Shown here one piece after another: positions 28,813 to 38,886 of a DNA stretch of 64,000 bases. The first letter of the stretch is position 1. The number at the start of each line of letters is the position of its first letter. The position numbers were made by a program, and so were the translations under genes. This DNA is from Candidatus Terraquivivens tengchongensis (GTDB lineage: Archaea > Thermoproteota > Nitrososphaeria_A > Caldarchaeales > Wolframiiraptoraceae): positions 3,272-67,271 of the forward strand of contig JALNJZ010000004.1 in NCBI GenBank assembly GCA_023261845.1, written 5' to 3'. The notes beneath the pieces are model-generated. The model was not told the DNA's origin. It saw nothing but the letters and a program-made list of their open reading frames with translations, and made no database searches.

Positions 28813-30051
28813 TTATTCCAGCCTAGTCTGGTTTTTCAAGAAATCCAGCAACCAGCTTGCCCTTATCCACTTTTCAATAGGAAGCTTTAGCTTCGTTGAT
28901 AAAAGCGACAAGGCCTCGTCCAGGCTACTTGCTCTGGTGGACCGCATACTGAGTGCTCTCCTGCTAATCTCTCTAAGTCTCCAAACACCAAGCGGCAACC
29001 ATCCGGGGAAGACCTCAATAAACACGAGAGCCGCCGCTTGTCTCTTTCTAGCCGATAAATGTTCCAGCACTGGGAGTCTTACTGCATGGTAGGCACCGCC
29101 AATATTTTCAGGGTACCTATCCGGGAAGCCGGGGAATTCGTGGTCCGAGTAAGGAAGCCTGCTGGGCATGTTATGCCAGTATTCAAGAACCTCAAACATC
29201 CATCTTAACGGAAGCAGGAGGATGTAAACTCTATTATACAGGGCCTCAAACCCGTAAATCTCGTAGAGGTCTATTAATGGATTCTTCATAACTTCCTTTC
29301 TGAGCGACTTGCCAATTATCTCATCAACGGCCGTTATGCTCCACTCTGTAGGAACGACTTTCCTCTCATTCTTCGCACCAAGGAGGCCGATTGAGAGGAG
29401 TCGGGTTATATGCTCCTGCCTAATGCCGGAACGATACATCGTTATAATGGCATCCGCTGCCCTCAAATCTGTATCCGCTACTACTTTTTCGACAGTCCTT
29501 GGAACGCTAGGGTTCTCTACGAGTCTCACCTTTAGAAGTGGCGCTGAAGGACCTATAGGAGGTTCTCTTACGTAAAAGAGAGGCTTTAGTGATGGTTTGC
29601 TCTCAAACTCCATCTCGGCATCCACTGGTGTTGAGGACATAGCCAGCTCTTGAAAAGACTCGAGAAGCTTATTCGGTGTCCTTGCTGATGTAACGCCGAC
29701 CTTTTTCTTACCATGAAGTAAGCTGAGTCTCATGAGCAAAAGCTCGTCCATGGAAAAATCCAACCATTTTTCATACATATCCAGCAACCCCACAAAGTTC
29801 TTTTCCATAGCGGAAACGGCAGGACCGACGTTTACTTTTGGATATCCCCACTCGCCCACTAACACTGTTGGTGGGCTTGCTCCAAACACCAGCCTATCCT
29901 GAAACCTTTCTATAGGTATCCAAGCAGACAACTTCTTAACGAAGGGACATATGGCGGGTCTGCATTCGGAAAGCTTGCCCCTACAGACTGGACAGAATTT
30001 CCTCCGCTCACCCTTTGCCTCAAGCTCACTAATCTCGTATTCGTGTAGCAA
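28813..30051 (-). CDS. nreA: Nre-family DNA repair protein (NreA-like)
   Basis: 412 aa with an N-terminal Cys cluster (CPVCRGK..C..CP) and the motif PPTVLVGEWGYPKVNVGP, which I recall as typical of archaeal Nre_N. Confidence 0.6.
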   Translation of the reverse strand: MLHEYEISELEAKGERRKFCPVCRGKLSECRPAICPFVKKLSAWIPIERFQDRLVFGASPPTVLVGEWGYPKVNVGPAVSAMEKNFVGLLDMYEKWLDFSMDELLLMRLSLLHGKKKVGVTSARTPNKLLESFQELAMSSTPVDAEMEFESKPSLKPLFYVREPPIGPSAPLLKVRLVENPSVPRTVEKVVADTDLRAADAIITMYRSGIRQEHITRLLSIGLLGAKNERKVVPTEWSITAVDEIIGKSLRKEVMKNPLIDLYEIYGFEALYNRVYILLLPLRWMFEVLEYWHNMPSRLPYSDHEFPGFPDRYPENIGGAYHAVRLPVLEHLSARKRQAAALVFIEVFPGWLPLGVWRLREISRRALSMRSTRASSLDEALSLLSTKLKLPIEKWIRASWLLDFLKNQTRLE

Positions 30052-30086
30052 ATCCGATAAATTTTGTTAAAAGGTTTTTAATTTCC

Positions 30087-30395
30087 TTATCTCATCGGGC
30101 ACCTACATGGTGATGAAGAACATCTAGGACATCCATTACCGTACTTTTTTAAGACAGCTTCTTCAAGGTCTATGTCGAGCAGGTTACAAAAGCTGCAAAG
30201 CCACGCGAATACGTCAGCTACCTCTTCCTTCATGGCGCTCAAATCTCGCTTCAGATAAGCATCGCTCAGTTCGCCCAACTCCGATGCCAGCCAAAGCAGG
30301 GTCTTGTCAGAACCCCTACTCAGATCCCTAGATATGTAGAGTTCTCTGAATAGTTTCTGAAAACTTGCAAGGGATTTTAACGAACTATAACTCAT
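30087..30395 (-). CDS. MazG-like nucleotide pyrophosphohydrolase domain protein
   Basis: 102 aa with the EExxE/D pattern (ELGELSDAY ... EEVADVFAWL). The C-terminus has a Cys cluster (CPRCSSSPCRCP). Confidence 0.65.
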   Translation of the reverse strand: MSYSSLKSLASFQKLFRELYISRDLSRGSDKTLLWLASELGELSDAYLKRDLSAMKEEVADVFAWLCSFCNLLDIDLEEAVLKKYGNGCPRCSSSPCRCPMR

Positions 30396-30484
30396 GACAC
30401 GTAGTAAAACAAAGTCATATAAACCTCTTCCCTTAAGCCTACGAAAGCTAAAAATAGGACAACAAATCCCTAAAGCCTGTAGGT

Positions 30485-30970
30485 ATGGGAGATCCTAAAA
30501 GACACCGTAAGAAGTATGAAACGCCAAGGCATCCTTGGAGAGCTGATGTCTTAGCGGAAGAGCTGAAGCTCGCGGGCGAGTACGGGTTAAGGAATAAGAG
30601 GGAGCTTTGGAGGGCGGCAGCAACCCTAAGGAAGTATAGGGCGATAGCTAGGTCCCTCTTCGTTCTTAGCGGCGAAGAGCGGAAAGAAAAGGAAGGGATA
30701 CTTATAGGAAAGCTAGCGAGGCTTGGCGTTCTGCCTTCCACGGCGACGCTAGACGATGTGCTAAGGCTTACGGTCAGAGACTTTTTAGAGAGAAGGTTAC
30801 AAACGGTTGTTTACAAACTTGGAATGGCTACATCAATACACCATGCAAGGCAACTGATAGTTCATGGTCATGTATTCGTAGGAGATAAGAAAGTTAGGTC
30901 GCCGAGCTATCACGTCATGGCTGGTGAGGAGAGGCTTATCAGGGTCTTGCTACCTCAACTTGCTAAGTAA
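30485..30970 (+). CDS. rps4: 30S ribosomal protein uS4
   Basis: 161 aa with the N-terminus MGDPKRHRKKYETPRHPW and an S4 RNA-binding domain (RLQTVVYKLGMATSIHHARQLIVHGHV). Confidence 0.92.
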   Translation: MGDPKRHRKKYETPRHPWRADVLAEELKLAGEYGLRNKRELWRAAATLRKYRAIARSLFVLSGEERKEKEGILIGKLARLGVLPSTATLDDVLRLTVRDFLERRLQTVVYKLGMATSIHHARQLIVHGHVFVGDKKVRSPSYHVMAGEERLIRVLLPQLAK

Positions 30971-30976
30971 CTTCTA

Positions 30977-31435
30977 TCAATGTTTTGCGCTAAGCCACGC
31001 ATAAGTCCCATCTTCGTAGACTTCTTTCTTGAAAAGCGCGGGTTCAGTCTTATATCTCCTAACAGCCTCCTCCAAAGCTGGAAAGACCTCCTCTCTACTT
31101 TTGCCCGCTATAACCACCAGTACAAGGGGCTCGCCGACCTTAAAACTGCCTTTTAGGTGCCATATACCAACGAATTCTAAGTTGAACTTCTCCTTCGTCT
31201 CTTCACATATCGCCTGTATCACGGGGTTTGCGTGTCTGTCGTATGCTTCTATCTCTAAATACTCAACCCTTTTGTCGTTGTTACCGATGGACTTAACGAT
31301 GCCCAAGAAGCTGACGACGGCTCCAGAGCCACCATCAGAGAACATGTCCTGCATACTTGGCAGCAGCTTCCATAAGTCGAGTTCTTCCTTTTTGTAAACT
31401 CCGGGCGAAGGCAACCCTTTTTTCTCGAACTGCAC
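30977..31435 (-). CDS. moaE: Molybdopterin synthase catalytic subunit MoaE
   Basis: 152 aa with GAVVSFLGIVK ... LEIEAY ... and FKK.E.Y. Confidence 0.7.
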   Translation of the reverse strand: MQFEKKGLPSPGVYKKEELDLWKLLPSMQDMFSDGGSGAVVSFLGIVKSIGNNDKRVEYLEIEAYDRHANPVIQAICEETKEKFNLEFVGIWHLKGSFKVGEPLVLVVIAGKSREEVFPALEEAVRRYKTEPALFKKEVYEDGTYAWLSAKH

Positions 31436-31437
31436 CC

Positions 31438-32502
31438 TCAGCTCCCCCCGCCCATTCCTTTCCTCTTGTAGGTTATAACTGAAACGCTACTTGCTATAGC
31501 GTAGGCTATCCTTCTGAACGCTTCCGTCGATTCGGATTTCGGTGCCGCAATTACAACCGGATTTCCGAGGTCACCATTGACCCTTATGTCTGGACTTAGT
31601 GGTACCTCGCCCAAAAACCTCGTTCCTAACCTCTCACAAGCGGCCTTGACGCCGCCTCTCCCAAATATCTCAGATATATGACCGCAGTTAGGGCAGACAA
31701 AGTAACTCATATTCTCGACTATGCCTATTATCTCAACGTTCAGTTTCCTAAACATATTCAGGGCCTTAGTGGCTATCCTCAGCGCAGCATCCTGAGGCGT
31801 GCTAACTATGACGACACCAGTAAGAGGAATGCTCTGTGCCAGTGTTAGCGAAGCATCACCGGTACCGGGCGGAAGGTCCACTATAAGGTAGTCAAGCTCA
31901 CCCCACTCCACCTGCGTTAAGAACTGCCTGATAGCGTTTGTCACGAGCGGCCCCCGCCATATTACAGGCTCTTCATCTTGGAGGAGAAAACCTATGGACA
32001 TTACCTTTATGCCGTTGTAGCTTATTGCTGGCACTATCTTATTACCAACGCTGGCAGGCCCTATTTTGATTCTCAAGATCTTGGGTATTGTCGGCCCATA
32101 TATGTCTGCGTCGAGTATGCCTACGCTTGCACCGGTCTCGCTTAAGGCTAGGCCTACGTTCACGGCTACTGTGGATTTGCCGACGCCGCCCTTGCCGCTA
32201 GCGATTGCAATTATATTCTTTACACCTGGAAGAATACCATCCTCAGTTCTTGCAGGGGCCACGCGAGCAACCACGTCCACTTTTACCTCAGAGACTCCAG
32301 CCAATCTCTTTAAAACACTCTCGACGTTTCCCTTCAGTTGGCTACGAAACGGGCAGGCTGGTGTCGTCAACTCTAAAGTCACTTTGATTGTATCACCTTC
32401 CGTGCTGACGTCTTTTACCATTCCTAAGGAGACTATGTCAACACCGAGCTCCGGGTCAACAACACTCTTAAGGGCTTGAATAACGTCCTCTTTTGTTGGC
32501 AA
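31438..32502 (-). CDS. Mrp/NBP35/ApbC-family Fe-S cluster carrier ATPase with N-terminal DUF59 domain
   Basis: 354 aa with the deviant Walker A SGKGGVGKST, a CPxC motif (FVCPNCGH), and an N-terminal DPELGVDIVSLGMV segment. Confidence 0.88.
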   Translation of the reverse strand: MPTKEDVIQALKSVVDPELGVDIVSLGMVKDVSTEGDTIKVTLELTTPACPFRSQLKGNVESVLKRLAGVSEVKVDVVARVAPARTEDGILPGVKNIIAIASGKGGVGKSTVAVNVGLALSETGASVGILDADIYGPTIPKILRIKIGPASVGNKIVPAISYNGIKVMSIGFLLQDEEPVIWRGPLVTNAIRQFLTQVEWGELDYLIVDLPPGTGDASLTLAQSIPLTGVVIVSTPQDAALRIATKALNMFRKLNVEIIGIVENMSYFVCPNCGHISEIFGRGGVKAACERLGTRFLGEVPLSPDIRVNGDLGNPVVIAAPKSESTEAFRRIAYAIASSVSVITYKRKGMGGGS

Positions 32503-32562
32503 AAGGGACGACCTACTTTAGTTAAGAAAGCCCATTTAAAAAACTTTAATGAAAGGTAGCCT

Positions 32563-32585
32563 CATTGGTTGGCTAGCCACCAATG
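32563..32585. promoter_or_regulatory. Near-perfect inverted repeat CATTGGT(T)GGCT/AGCCACCAATG
   Basis: It has 11-bp arms with one extra T. It sits ~60 nt upstream of the mrp/apbC-like start (-) and ~270 nt upstream of speH (+). Confidence 0.3.
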
Positions 32586-32854
32586 TTATTAAGCGGATTC
32601 AGCCTATTTATGGCCAACCTTGCGAGTCGGCAGACGAGTTCGTTGTGCCCATTTTTTCTCTTGACGTTCAGTTGATGTGCAAATTTTGTTTTATTTTCAA
32701 ACGATAGTGTTAAACAAATTAGTAATTTGTGATAACTCGCGAACATTTGCTGTCTGAAGATTAAACACGTGTGAGCGAGAGTTGTCAGACGTGTCCAACC
32801 TTACGTGTGCGGGTGAATATTTATAATTTAGTTTGTAGAGCAAATAGACAAAAA

Positions 32855-33283
32855 ATGTTGAGTAACTATAAGTTGACCACCTTCGAGAAGGATGGGGACA
32901 ACATAGTCGGCAAGCACGTTTATGGGAACCTTTACGGATGCGACGTCCGTCTGATAGCTAATGAGAGGTATCTAAGAAAGCTGGTAAGGGAGGCTGTCAA
33001 GATAGCGAACATGCACTTGGTTGAACTTAAGTCATGGAAGTTCTTCAGCAAAAAGGGCGGCGTATCGGTCATAGCCCTAGTTACGGAGAGTCATGTTGCT
33101 GTACATACATGGCCTGGTTACCAATACGCAACGGTTGACGTGTACACCTGCGGTCATGAAAGCCAGCCTGAGAAGGCCTTCGAGTACATAGTCAAAGGGC
33201 TAGCCCCGAAGGAGTACACAAAGCACTTTGCTGACAGGTCGTCCGTCGTGGTCAGGACCGAAGTGGTCCGAGAAGGTGTCTAA
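32855..33283 (+). CDS. speH: Pyruvoyl-dependent S-adenosylmethionine decarboxylase proenzyme (SpeH family; a crenarchaeal arginine decarboxylase paralogue is possible)
   Basis: I trimmed the start to ATG 32855 (142 aa). It has [12 protein letters not shown] and the self-cleavage region [12 protein letters not shown]...DVYTCG. A TATA-like ATATTTATAATTT lies ~35 nt upstream. Confidence 0.8.
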   Translation: MLSNYKLTTFEKDGDNIVGKHVYGNLYGCDVRLIANERYLRKLVREAVKIANMHLVELKSWKFFSKKGGVSVIALVTESHVAVHTWPGYQYATVDVYTCGHESQPEKAFEYIVKGLAPKEYTKHFADRSSVVVRTEVVREGV

Positions 33284-33333
33284 AACTTTTAAATTTTTTA
33301 TTTTTTATCCGTACACGGTAAGGTCTAGCTTGG

Positions 33334-34440
33334 GTGCTGGGTTTGATTGGTGAGTCCCAGATAGCTGAGCTCATAAAGAGTTACGATACGCGAGCTTTAA
33401 CTGTCAGCTGCATAGGTAGCCATTCAGCCTTAGAGGTTTTCGATGGTGCAAAGGACGAGGGGCTTTCGACGATAGCTGTATGTCAAAAGGACAGGATGAG
33501 GGCCTATACGCATTTTAGGAGAATAGTTGACAGGATAATTGTAGTTGACAGGTTCGCTGAGGTTCTAAGAGAAGACGTAATGAACGAGCTAAGGATGTCA
33601 AACTCCATCTTCGTTCCCAACAGGTCCTTTACAACCTACGTACCCTACGAGGGTATAGAGAACGAGTTCTTAGTGCCAATATTCGGCAATAGAGCCTTAT
33701 TGAAGGCAGAGGAGAGGTGGGCAGAAAAGAACCAATACTACCTCCTTTCAAAGGCCGGTATAAGGACGCCCATGAGGTTCAGCTCGCCTGATGAAATAGA
33801 CAGGCCTGCGATAGTGAAGGTGCAGGAGGCTAAGAGGAAGGCGGAAAGAGCCTTCTTTGTTGTATCCTCACCATCAGAATATAGGCGGAAGGTTCGGGAA
33901 AGGATCGAGGCGGGTCTGATATCCGAGGAGGAGGTATCCAAGGCCGTAATAGAGGAATTTATTATAGGTACGCTCTTCAACTTCAATTACTTTTATTCAC
34001 CCATCGATGGTAGGCTCGAGTTTCTTGGTGCGGATAGAAGGCTTCAAACAAACCTCTACGACTTTGTTAACCTCCCTGCTAGGGAGCAGCTGGAGGTGAA
34101 TATCCTACTCCAGAACATAGAGGTAGGTCATCAACCAGCGTCGGTAAGGGAGTCGCTGCTGGAGAAAGTCTTAGAAGTTGGCGAAAGGTTCGTAGAGGCC
34201 GTAAGGGAGGAGTATCCGCCGGGCATAATAGGGCCGTTCGCTCTTCAGGGCGCAATAAACAAGGATTTAGAGTTCGTGGTCTTTGACGTCTCGCTGAGAG
34301 TCCCAGGAAGCCCTATGCTAACCACGACTAGCCCTTATTCAAAATATTACCACGGGTTTGTTTTAGGCGTCGGCAGGAGGATAGCGATGGAGCTCAAAAG
34401 GGCAGCGGAGCAGAATAGGCTAAAGGAGGTGGTTACATGA
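33334..34440 (+). CDS. purP: 5-formaminoimidazole-4-carboxamide ribonucleotide (FAICAR) synthetase PurP, paralogue 1
   Basis: 368 aa with a GTG start. The N-terminus GSHSALEVFDGAKDEGL and the ATP-grasp body are homologous to the next gene. Confidence 0.75.
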   Translation: MLGLIGESQIAELIKSYDTRALTVSCIGSHSALEVFDGAKDEGLSTIAVCQKDRMRAYTHFRRIVDRIIVVDRFAEVLREDVMNELRMSNSIFVPNRSFTTYVPYEGIENEFLVPIFGNRALLKAEERWAEKNQYYLLSKAGIRTPMRFSSPDEIDRPAIVKVQEAKRKAERAFFVVSSPSEYRRKVRERIEAGLISEEEVSKAVIEEFIIGTLFNFNYFYSPIDGRLEFLGADRRLQTNLYDFVNLPAREQLEVNILLQNIEVGHQPASVRESLLEKVLEVGERFVEAVREEYPPGIIGPFALQGAINKDLEFVVFDVSLRVPGSPMLTTTSPYSKYYHGFVLGVGRRIAMELKRAAEQNRLKEVVT

Positions 34441-35456
34441 ACACATCCGTCGCTACTTATGGCTCACACTCAGCCCTTCAGATACTAAAAGGCGCCAAGG
34501 ATGAAGGGCTTGGGGCTGTACTTCTATGCCCTAGGAATCGCCGTAAGTTTTACGAGAGGTTCAGACTGGCGGATAAGTTGCTCTTGGTAGACTCTGTGGA
34601 AGACCTACTAAGGAAGGATATACAGGATAGTCTAATGGGTATGGGAAGCATACTCGTACCGCATGGAACGATAATATCGGACGTTGAGATTAGCAGGTTT
34701 GTCAAGGACTTCAAGGTTCCGATCTTTGGGAACAGAGAGCTCCTCGTTTGGGAATCGGACAGAGAACTCAAAGAAAAGCTCCTTAAAGAAGCAAGTATAG
34801 AGGTGCCGAGGGCCTTCAGCTCACCAGACGAGGTGGACTGTCCAGTCATAGTTAAGCTGCCCGGCGCAGAGGGAGGGAGAGGTTACTTCTTAGCGAGCGG
34901 AAGAGAAGATCTGATAAAAAAACTGACGAAAATGGGCGCAGGAACGAGCTGTGAGCTTTACATACAAGAGTACGTGATAGGCGTAACGGTATACCCCCAC
35001 TTCTTCTACTCACCTCTTAAAGAGGAGGTGGAATTGCTTGGTGTTGACAGAAGGTATGAAACCAATGTCGACTCTTTGGGAAGGATACCGGCATCAGACC
35101 AGCTGAATCTTGACGTGCAACCAACCTATGAAGTTGTAGGCAACATACCTCTAGTCATAAGGGAATCCATGCTGGAAAAATTCTTCGATATCGCCGAGAG
35201 TTTTGTGGAAGCTACGAAAAGGCTCGTACCACCAGGAATTATAGGACCTTTCTGTATAGAGGCGATCTGTAGGTCACCCGACGACATCGTTGTTTTTGAA
35301 TTCTCAGCTAGGATAGTCGCTGGCACAAACCTCTTCATAAGCGGTTCGCCCTACTCATACTTACTGCATGGCGAGGGGATGAGTATGGGCAGAAGGATAG
35401 CCAAGGAGATAAGGCTTGCATGCGAAACTTCCGACCTAAAGAAACTCGTGACCTAG
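34437..35456 (+). CDS. purP: FAICAR synthetase PurP, paralogue 2
   Basis: 339 aa with the canonical PurP N-terminus ATYGSHSALQILKGAKDEGL. It has an ATGA overlap with paralogue 1. Confidence 0.8.
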   Translation: MNTSVATYGSHSALQILKGAKDEGLGAVLLCPRNRRKFYERFRLADKLLLVDSVEDLLRKDIQDSLMGMGSILVPHGTIISDVEISRFVKDFKVPIFGNRELLVWESDRELKEKLLKEASIEVPRAFSSPDEVDCPVIVKLPGAEGGRGYFLASGREDLIKKLTKMGAGTSCELYIQEYVIGVTVYPHFFYSPLKEEVELLGVDRRYETNVDSLGRIPASDQLNLDVQPTYEVVGNIPLVIRESMLEKFFDIAESFVEATKRLVPPGIIGPFCIEAICRSPDDIVVFEFSARIVAGTNLFISGSPYSYLLHGEGMSMGRRIAKEIRLACETSDLKKLVT

Positions 35457-35501
35457 TTAATCTTTAAATTCAGCCGTCAAATCAATGGGCTAAGGGATTA
35501 A

Positions 35502-36962
35502 GTGGTCGTAAAGGAAATAGAGAAAGGTTTAACCTTCGACGACGTTCTTCTTGTGCCTCAGAAATTCTCTCTACATTCAAGAAAGGAGGTTTCAACGGAA
35601 ACTTTCTTCACGAAAAAGATACGTCTGAATATACCAATAGTCTCTTCGGCGATGGATACCGTTACGGAATCGGAGATGGCAATTACAATGGCAAGACACG
35701 GAGGGATAGGTGTTATCCATAGATTCATGTCTATCGAGCGCCAAGTCCAAGAGGTTCAACGTGTCAAGAGGGCCGAAAACATCATAATAGAAAAACCGTA
35801 CGTGTTGCCCCTAAAAAGCACGGTCGGAAAAGCGAAAGAACTCATGGAAAACTATGGTGTAGGAGGGCTTTTAGTTGTTGATGAGGAGGGAAAGCTCAAA
35901 GGTCTGGTTACGAAGCGCGACATACTCTTCGAAGAAGACTATGAGAAGCCTATAACAGAGGTTATGACGCCTAAAGAAAGGCTCGTGGTCTCGACCCGTA
36001 AGATAACGCTTGAGGAGGCAAAAGAGATATTTAAAAAGTACAAAGTTGAGAAACTACCGCTCGTTGATGAAGAAGACAAAGTAGTCGGCCTTGTAACGGC
36101 AAAAGACATTATGATCAAAAGCATGTATCCGAATGCTGCGAGAGACCAGAAGGGCAGACTTCTGGTCGCTGCTGCAATAGGAATAAAGGAAGGTTATCTA
36201 GATAGGGCAAAAGCACTCTTGGATGCTGGTGCGGATGCTTTAGTCATAGACGTTGCCCACGGTCACACGGACGAAGTCATAAGGGCTGTGAGGAAGCTTA
36301 AAGAAACTTTTGGCGACATTCAGTTAGTTGCTGGTAACGTAGCTACGCCTGATGGGTTTGAGGACCTTGCCTCTGCTGGTGCGGATGCCGTCAAAGTCGG
36401 GATAGGTCCGGGAGCCGTGTGCACCACGAGGATTGTGACTGGTGTCGGCGTACCGCAGCTTACCGCAATACTCAACTGCGCTGAAAAGTCCATCGAGATG
36501 GATGTGCCGATGATAGCTGACGGGGGTATACGTAATAGCGGGGACCTCGTCAAAGCGATTGCTGCAGGAGCATCAACCGTAATGATAGGCAGCCTCCTTG
36601 CCGGTACGGATGAGAGTCCCGGTGCAACAATATCCAGAGGTGGCAGGAAGTATAAGGTCTATAGGGGTATGGCATCATTCTATGCCATGCTAGCCAGAGA
36701 CTTAAAAGAAGGCAAGCAGATAGATTTTGACTTGGACGCTATAGTGGATTATGCTTATACCTCCGAAGGGGTCGAGGCATATGTACCATATAGAGGGAGT
36801 GCTTCGGAGCTCCTTAGACAGCTCGTATCGGCTCTAAGAGCTGGCATGAGCTACTGTGGCGCAAGAAACATCAGAGAACTCTGGAGCAATGCTAAGTTTA
36901 TCAGCCTATCCGAGGCTGGTATAAAGGAAAGCTATCCGCATGACGTGGAGGTAATAGAGTGA
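35502..36962 (+). CDS. guaB: IMP dehydrogenase with CBS pair
   Basis: 486 aa with [11 protein letters not shown], the catalytic loop [18 protein letters not shown], and a tandem CBS insert. Confidence 0.92.
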   Translation: MVVKEIEKGLTFDDVLLVPQKFSLHSRKEVSTETFFTKKIRLNIPIVSSAMDTVTESEMAITMARHGGIGVIHRFMSIERQVQEVQRVKRAENIIIEKPYVLPLKSTVGKAKELMENYGVGGLLVVDEEGKLKGLVTKRDILFEEDYEKPITEVMTPKERLVVSTRKITLEEAKEIFKKYKVEKLPLVDEEDKVVGLVTAKDIMIKSMYPNAARDQKGRLLVAAAIGIKEGYLDRAKALLDAGADALVIDVAHGHTDEVIRAVRKLKETFGDIQLVAGNVATPDGFEDLASAGADAVKVGIGPGAVCTTRIVTGVGVPQLTAILNCAEKSIEMDVPMIADGGIRNSGDLVKAIAAGASTVMIGSLLAGTDESPGATISRGGRKYKVYRGMASFYAMLARDLKEGKQIDFDLDAIVDYAYTSEGVEAYVPYRGSASELLRQLVSALRAGMSYCGARNIRELWSNAKFISLSEAGIKESYPHDVEVIE

Positions 36963-36965
36963 ACG

Positions 36966-38246
36966 ATGCCGGCCATAATAATCATTGGTCTCCAATGGGG
37001 CGATGAAGGCAAAGGCAAGATCGTAGACTTCATATCAGAAAACGCGGATTTAGCGGTAAGATACCAAGGTGGTGCCAACGCGGGCCATACTGTCGTCCTT
37101 AATGGGAAGACCTACAGGTTTCATCATTTACCAGTAGCCGCACTTAGGGGTAAGCACGTCTGTCTTGCTTCGGGCATGGTAATAGACCCTGTAAAGCTCC
37201 TTGAGGAGCTTGGGTTATTGAACAAGGAAGGCATACGACCGAAGCTAACGATAGACGGCAAGGCGCACATAGTGCTGGACGTCCATAAAATGCTGGATGA
37301 GGCAGAAGAATCATCTGGTAAGGGTGTTGGAACGACTAGAAGAGGCATAGGCCCTGCCTATACCTATAAGGCTGCAAGGGTTGGCATAAGGTTCTCTGAT
37401 TTGGCTGAGATAGAATCCGTCAAGCCCAGGCTTAAGAAGGCCGTAGACATGACAAGAGCCCTCCTATCCGATGTCTACAACATGGATGTAGAGTTGAACG
37501 TTGAACATGTAAGCCAGTTTCTTTATGATGTTGCCTCAAAGTTAGGAAAATACGTTGGGGACGTGTCGCTTCTTGTCAACGAGACGTTAGATCGGGGAGG
37601 AGTTGTTATACTGGAAGGAGCTCAGGGAACGCTATTGGACATAGACCACGGAACCTATCCTTTCGTTACCTCTTCTAACACGACAGCAGGAGCTGCATGC
37701 AATAGCGTGGGCATAGGTCCGAAGAGGGTTGATGAGGTAATAGGCGTAACTAAAGCGTACACCACGAGGGTCGGTAAAGGCCCATTTCCGACTGAGATGG
37801 AAGAACCAATAGCCTCGATGGTAAGGGAGAAGGGTAAAGAATACGGAACAACGACCGGGAGACCTAGAAGGGTTGGCTGGTTTGATGCGGTAGCCGTAAA
37901 GTATTCTATAATGCTGAATGGTGCTACCTCTGTGGCTGTTACGAAAGTAGACTGCCTTTCTGGTATAGACCCAGTCAAGGTCTGTCTGGCTTATGAGTTC
38001 AACGGTCAAGAGCTTGAAAACTTCCCAAGCTCGCTACATGTCTTAGAGAAGTGTAAGCCTGTTTATGTCGAGCTGGAGGGGTGGAGGGACCTTTCAGAAA
38101 AGGAAAAGATCGAGGCCCTGAAAGGAAACTTCGATGTTCTTCCAAAGCAGCTGAGGAATTATATTGAATTTCTGGAAGAGCTTTTGGCTCGCCCAATTAA
38201 GTATGTATCGATAGGTGCAGAAAGACATGAAACTATTGTAAGGTAA
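36966..38246 (+). CDS. purA: Adenylosuccinate synthetase
   Basis: 426 aa with the P-loop GLQWGDEGKGK, GTTRRGIGPAY and TTGRPRR. Confidence 0.92.
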   Translation: MPAIIIIGLQWGDEGKGKIVDFISENADLAVRYQGGANAGHTVVLNGKTYRFHHLPVAALRGKHVCLASGMVIDPVKLLEELGLLNKEGIRPKLTIDGKAHIVLDVHKMLDEAEESSGKGVGTTRRGIGPAYTYKAARVGIRFSDLAEIESVKPRLKKAVDMTRALLSDVYNMDVELNVEHVSQFLYDVASKLGKYVGDVSLLVNETLDRGGVVILEGAQGTLLDIDHGTYPFVTSSNTTAGAACNSVGIGPKRVDEVIGVTKAYTTRVGKGPFPTEMEEPIASMVREKGKEYGTTTGRPRRVGWFDAVAVKYSIMLNGATSVAVTKVDCLSGIDPVKVCLAYEFNGQELENFPSSLHVLEKCKPVYVELEGWRDLSEKEKIEALKGNFDVLPKQLRNYIEFLEELLARPIKYVSIGAERHETIVR

Positions 38247-38538
38247 ACCTTTTACCTTTTTAGGTAAACCATAAACAAAGTTCATTGCACAAAAGAAACC
38301 TTTTTTGTTAATTCGCTCTGTAGCGGTTTATTTTTACAAGTGTACGATTCTCCAACCGATTCGTATCCAAGGCCCTATTAAAAGGCGAAAAAGACAGAGT
38401 ATCTAGGACCTTATAACGCTCCAGAAGATCGAAAGGGGGTCTTAATTCATTACGTATTGGATTAATTTATTTCATATTGTTCGTTAGCAACTGATTTGCA
38501 ATAATTTTTGAATTGGCAAGGTTTACCATCAAACGTAG

Positions 38539-38847
38539 ATGGTAAACCTTATAACTTTCAAATCTCTCTTAATCAAGACAGACATGAAGTCAACGAAGCA
38601 AACATCGTTAAAGAAAAAACAAGAGAGGCTAAACAAGAAATTCTTAGCTGAAGCAGTAAAGCTAGCCATGAAACAACCAAGGCTTACATTTTACTCACCA
38701 CTTTCGGCCGCAGTTTTTAACTACAGGAAAAGCCTATTACCTCGCTACAGCATAAGCGATGAAATAGCCAAGATAATCGAGGCAGAAGTCCGAAGAAGAT
38801 GGCCAGAACTTTCAAAAATTGTAGAACGACTATTAAAACGAAGGTGA
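38539..38847 (+). CDS. Hypothetical small basic protein (start uncertain; ATG 38584 is an alternative)
   Basis: 102-aa ORF, lysine/arginine-rich, with no recognisable motif. It lies at the edge of an AT-rich non-coding segment, and the annotated ATG sits inside an 11-bp hairpin arm. Confidence 0.3.
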   Translation: MVNLITFKSLLIKTDMKSTKQTSLKKKQERLNKKFLAEAVKLAMKQPRLTFYSPLSAAVFNYRKSLLPRYSISDEIAKIIEAEVRRRWPELSKIVERLLKRR

Positions 38848-38886
38848 GGATGAAATTTTATATCTAACTGAAACATTGAAACAAAC

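Noticed and set aside
32673-32757. Possible C/D box sRNA (TGATGTG ... GTGATAA ... CTGA) upstream of speH
   Set aside because: The box-to-box distance is ~85 nt, much longer than archaeal C/D sRNAs (~50-65 nt). The boxes are degenerate and there is no D' at the right spacing.
32771-32854. 28-codon extension of speH starting at 32771 ([15 protein letters not shown]...)
   Set aside because: It would place the TATA-like box (ATATTTATAATTT, about 32817-32829) inside the CDS. SpeH homologues start close to the GKH..G.LYGC motif, so ATG 32855 is preferred.
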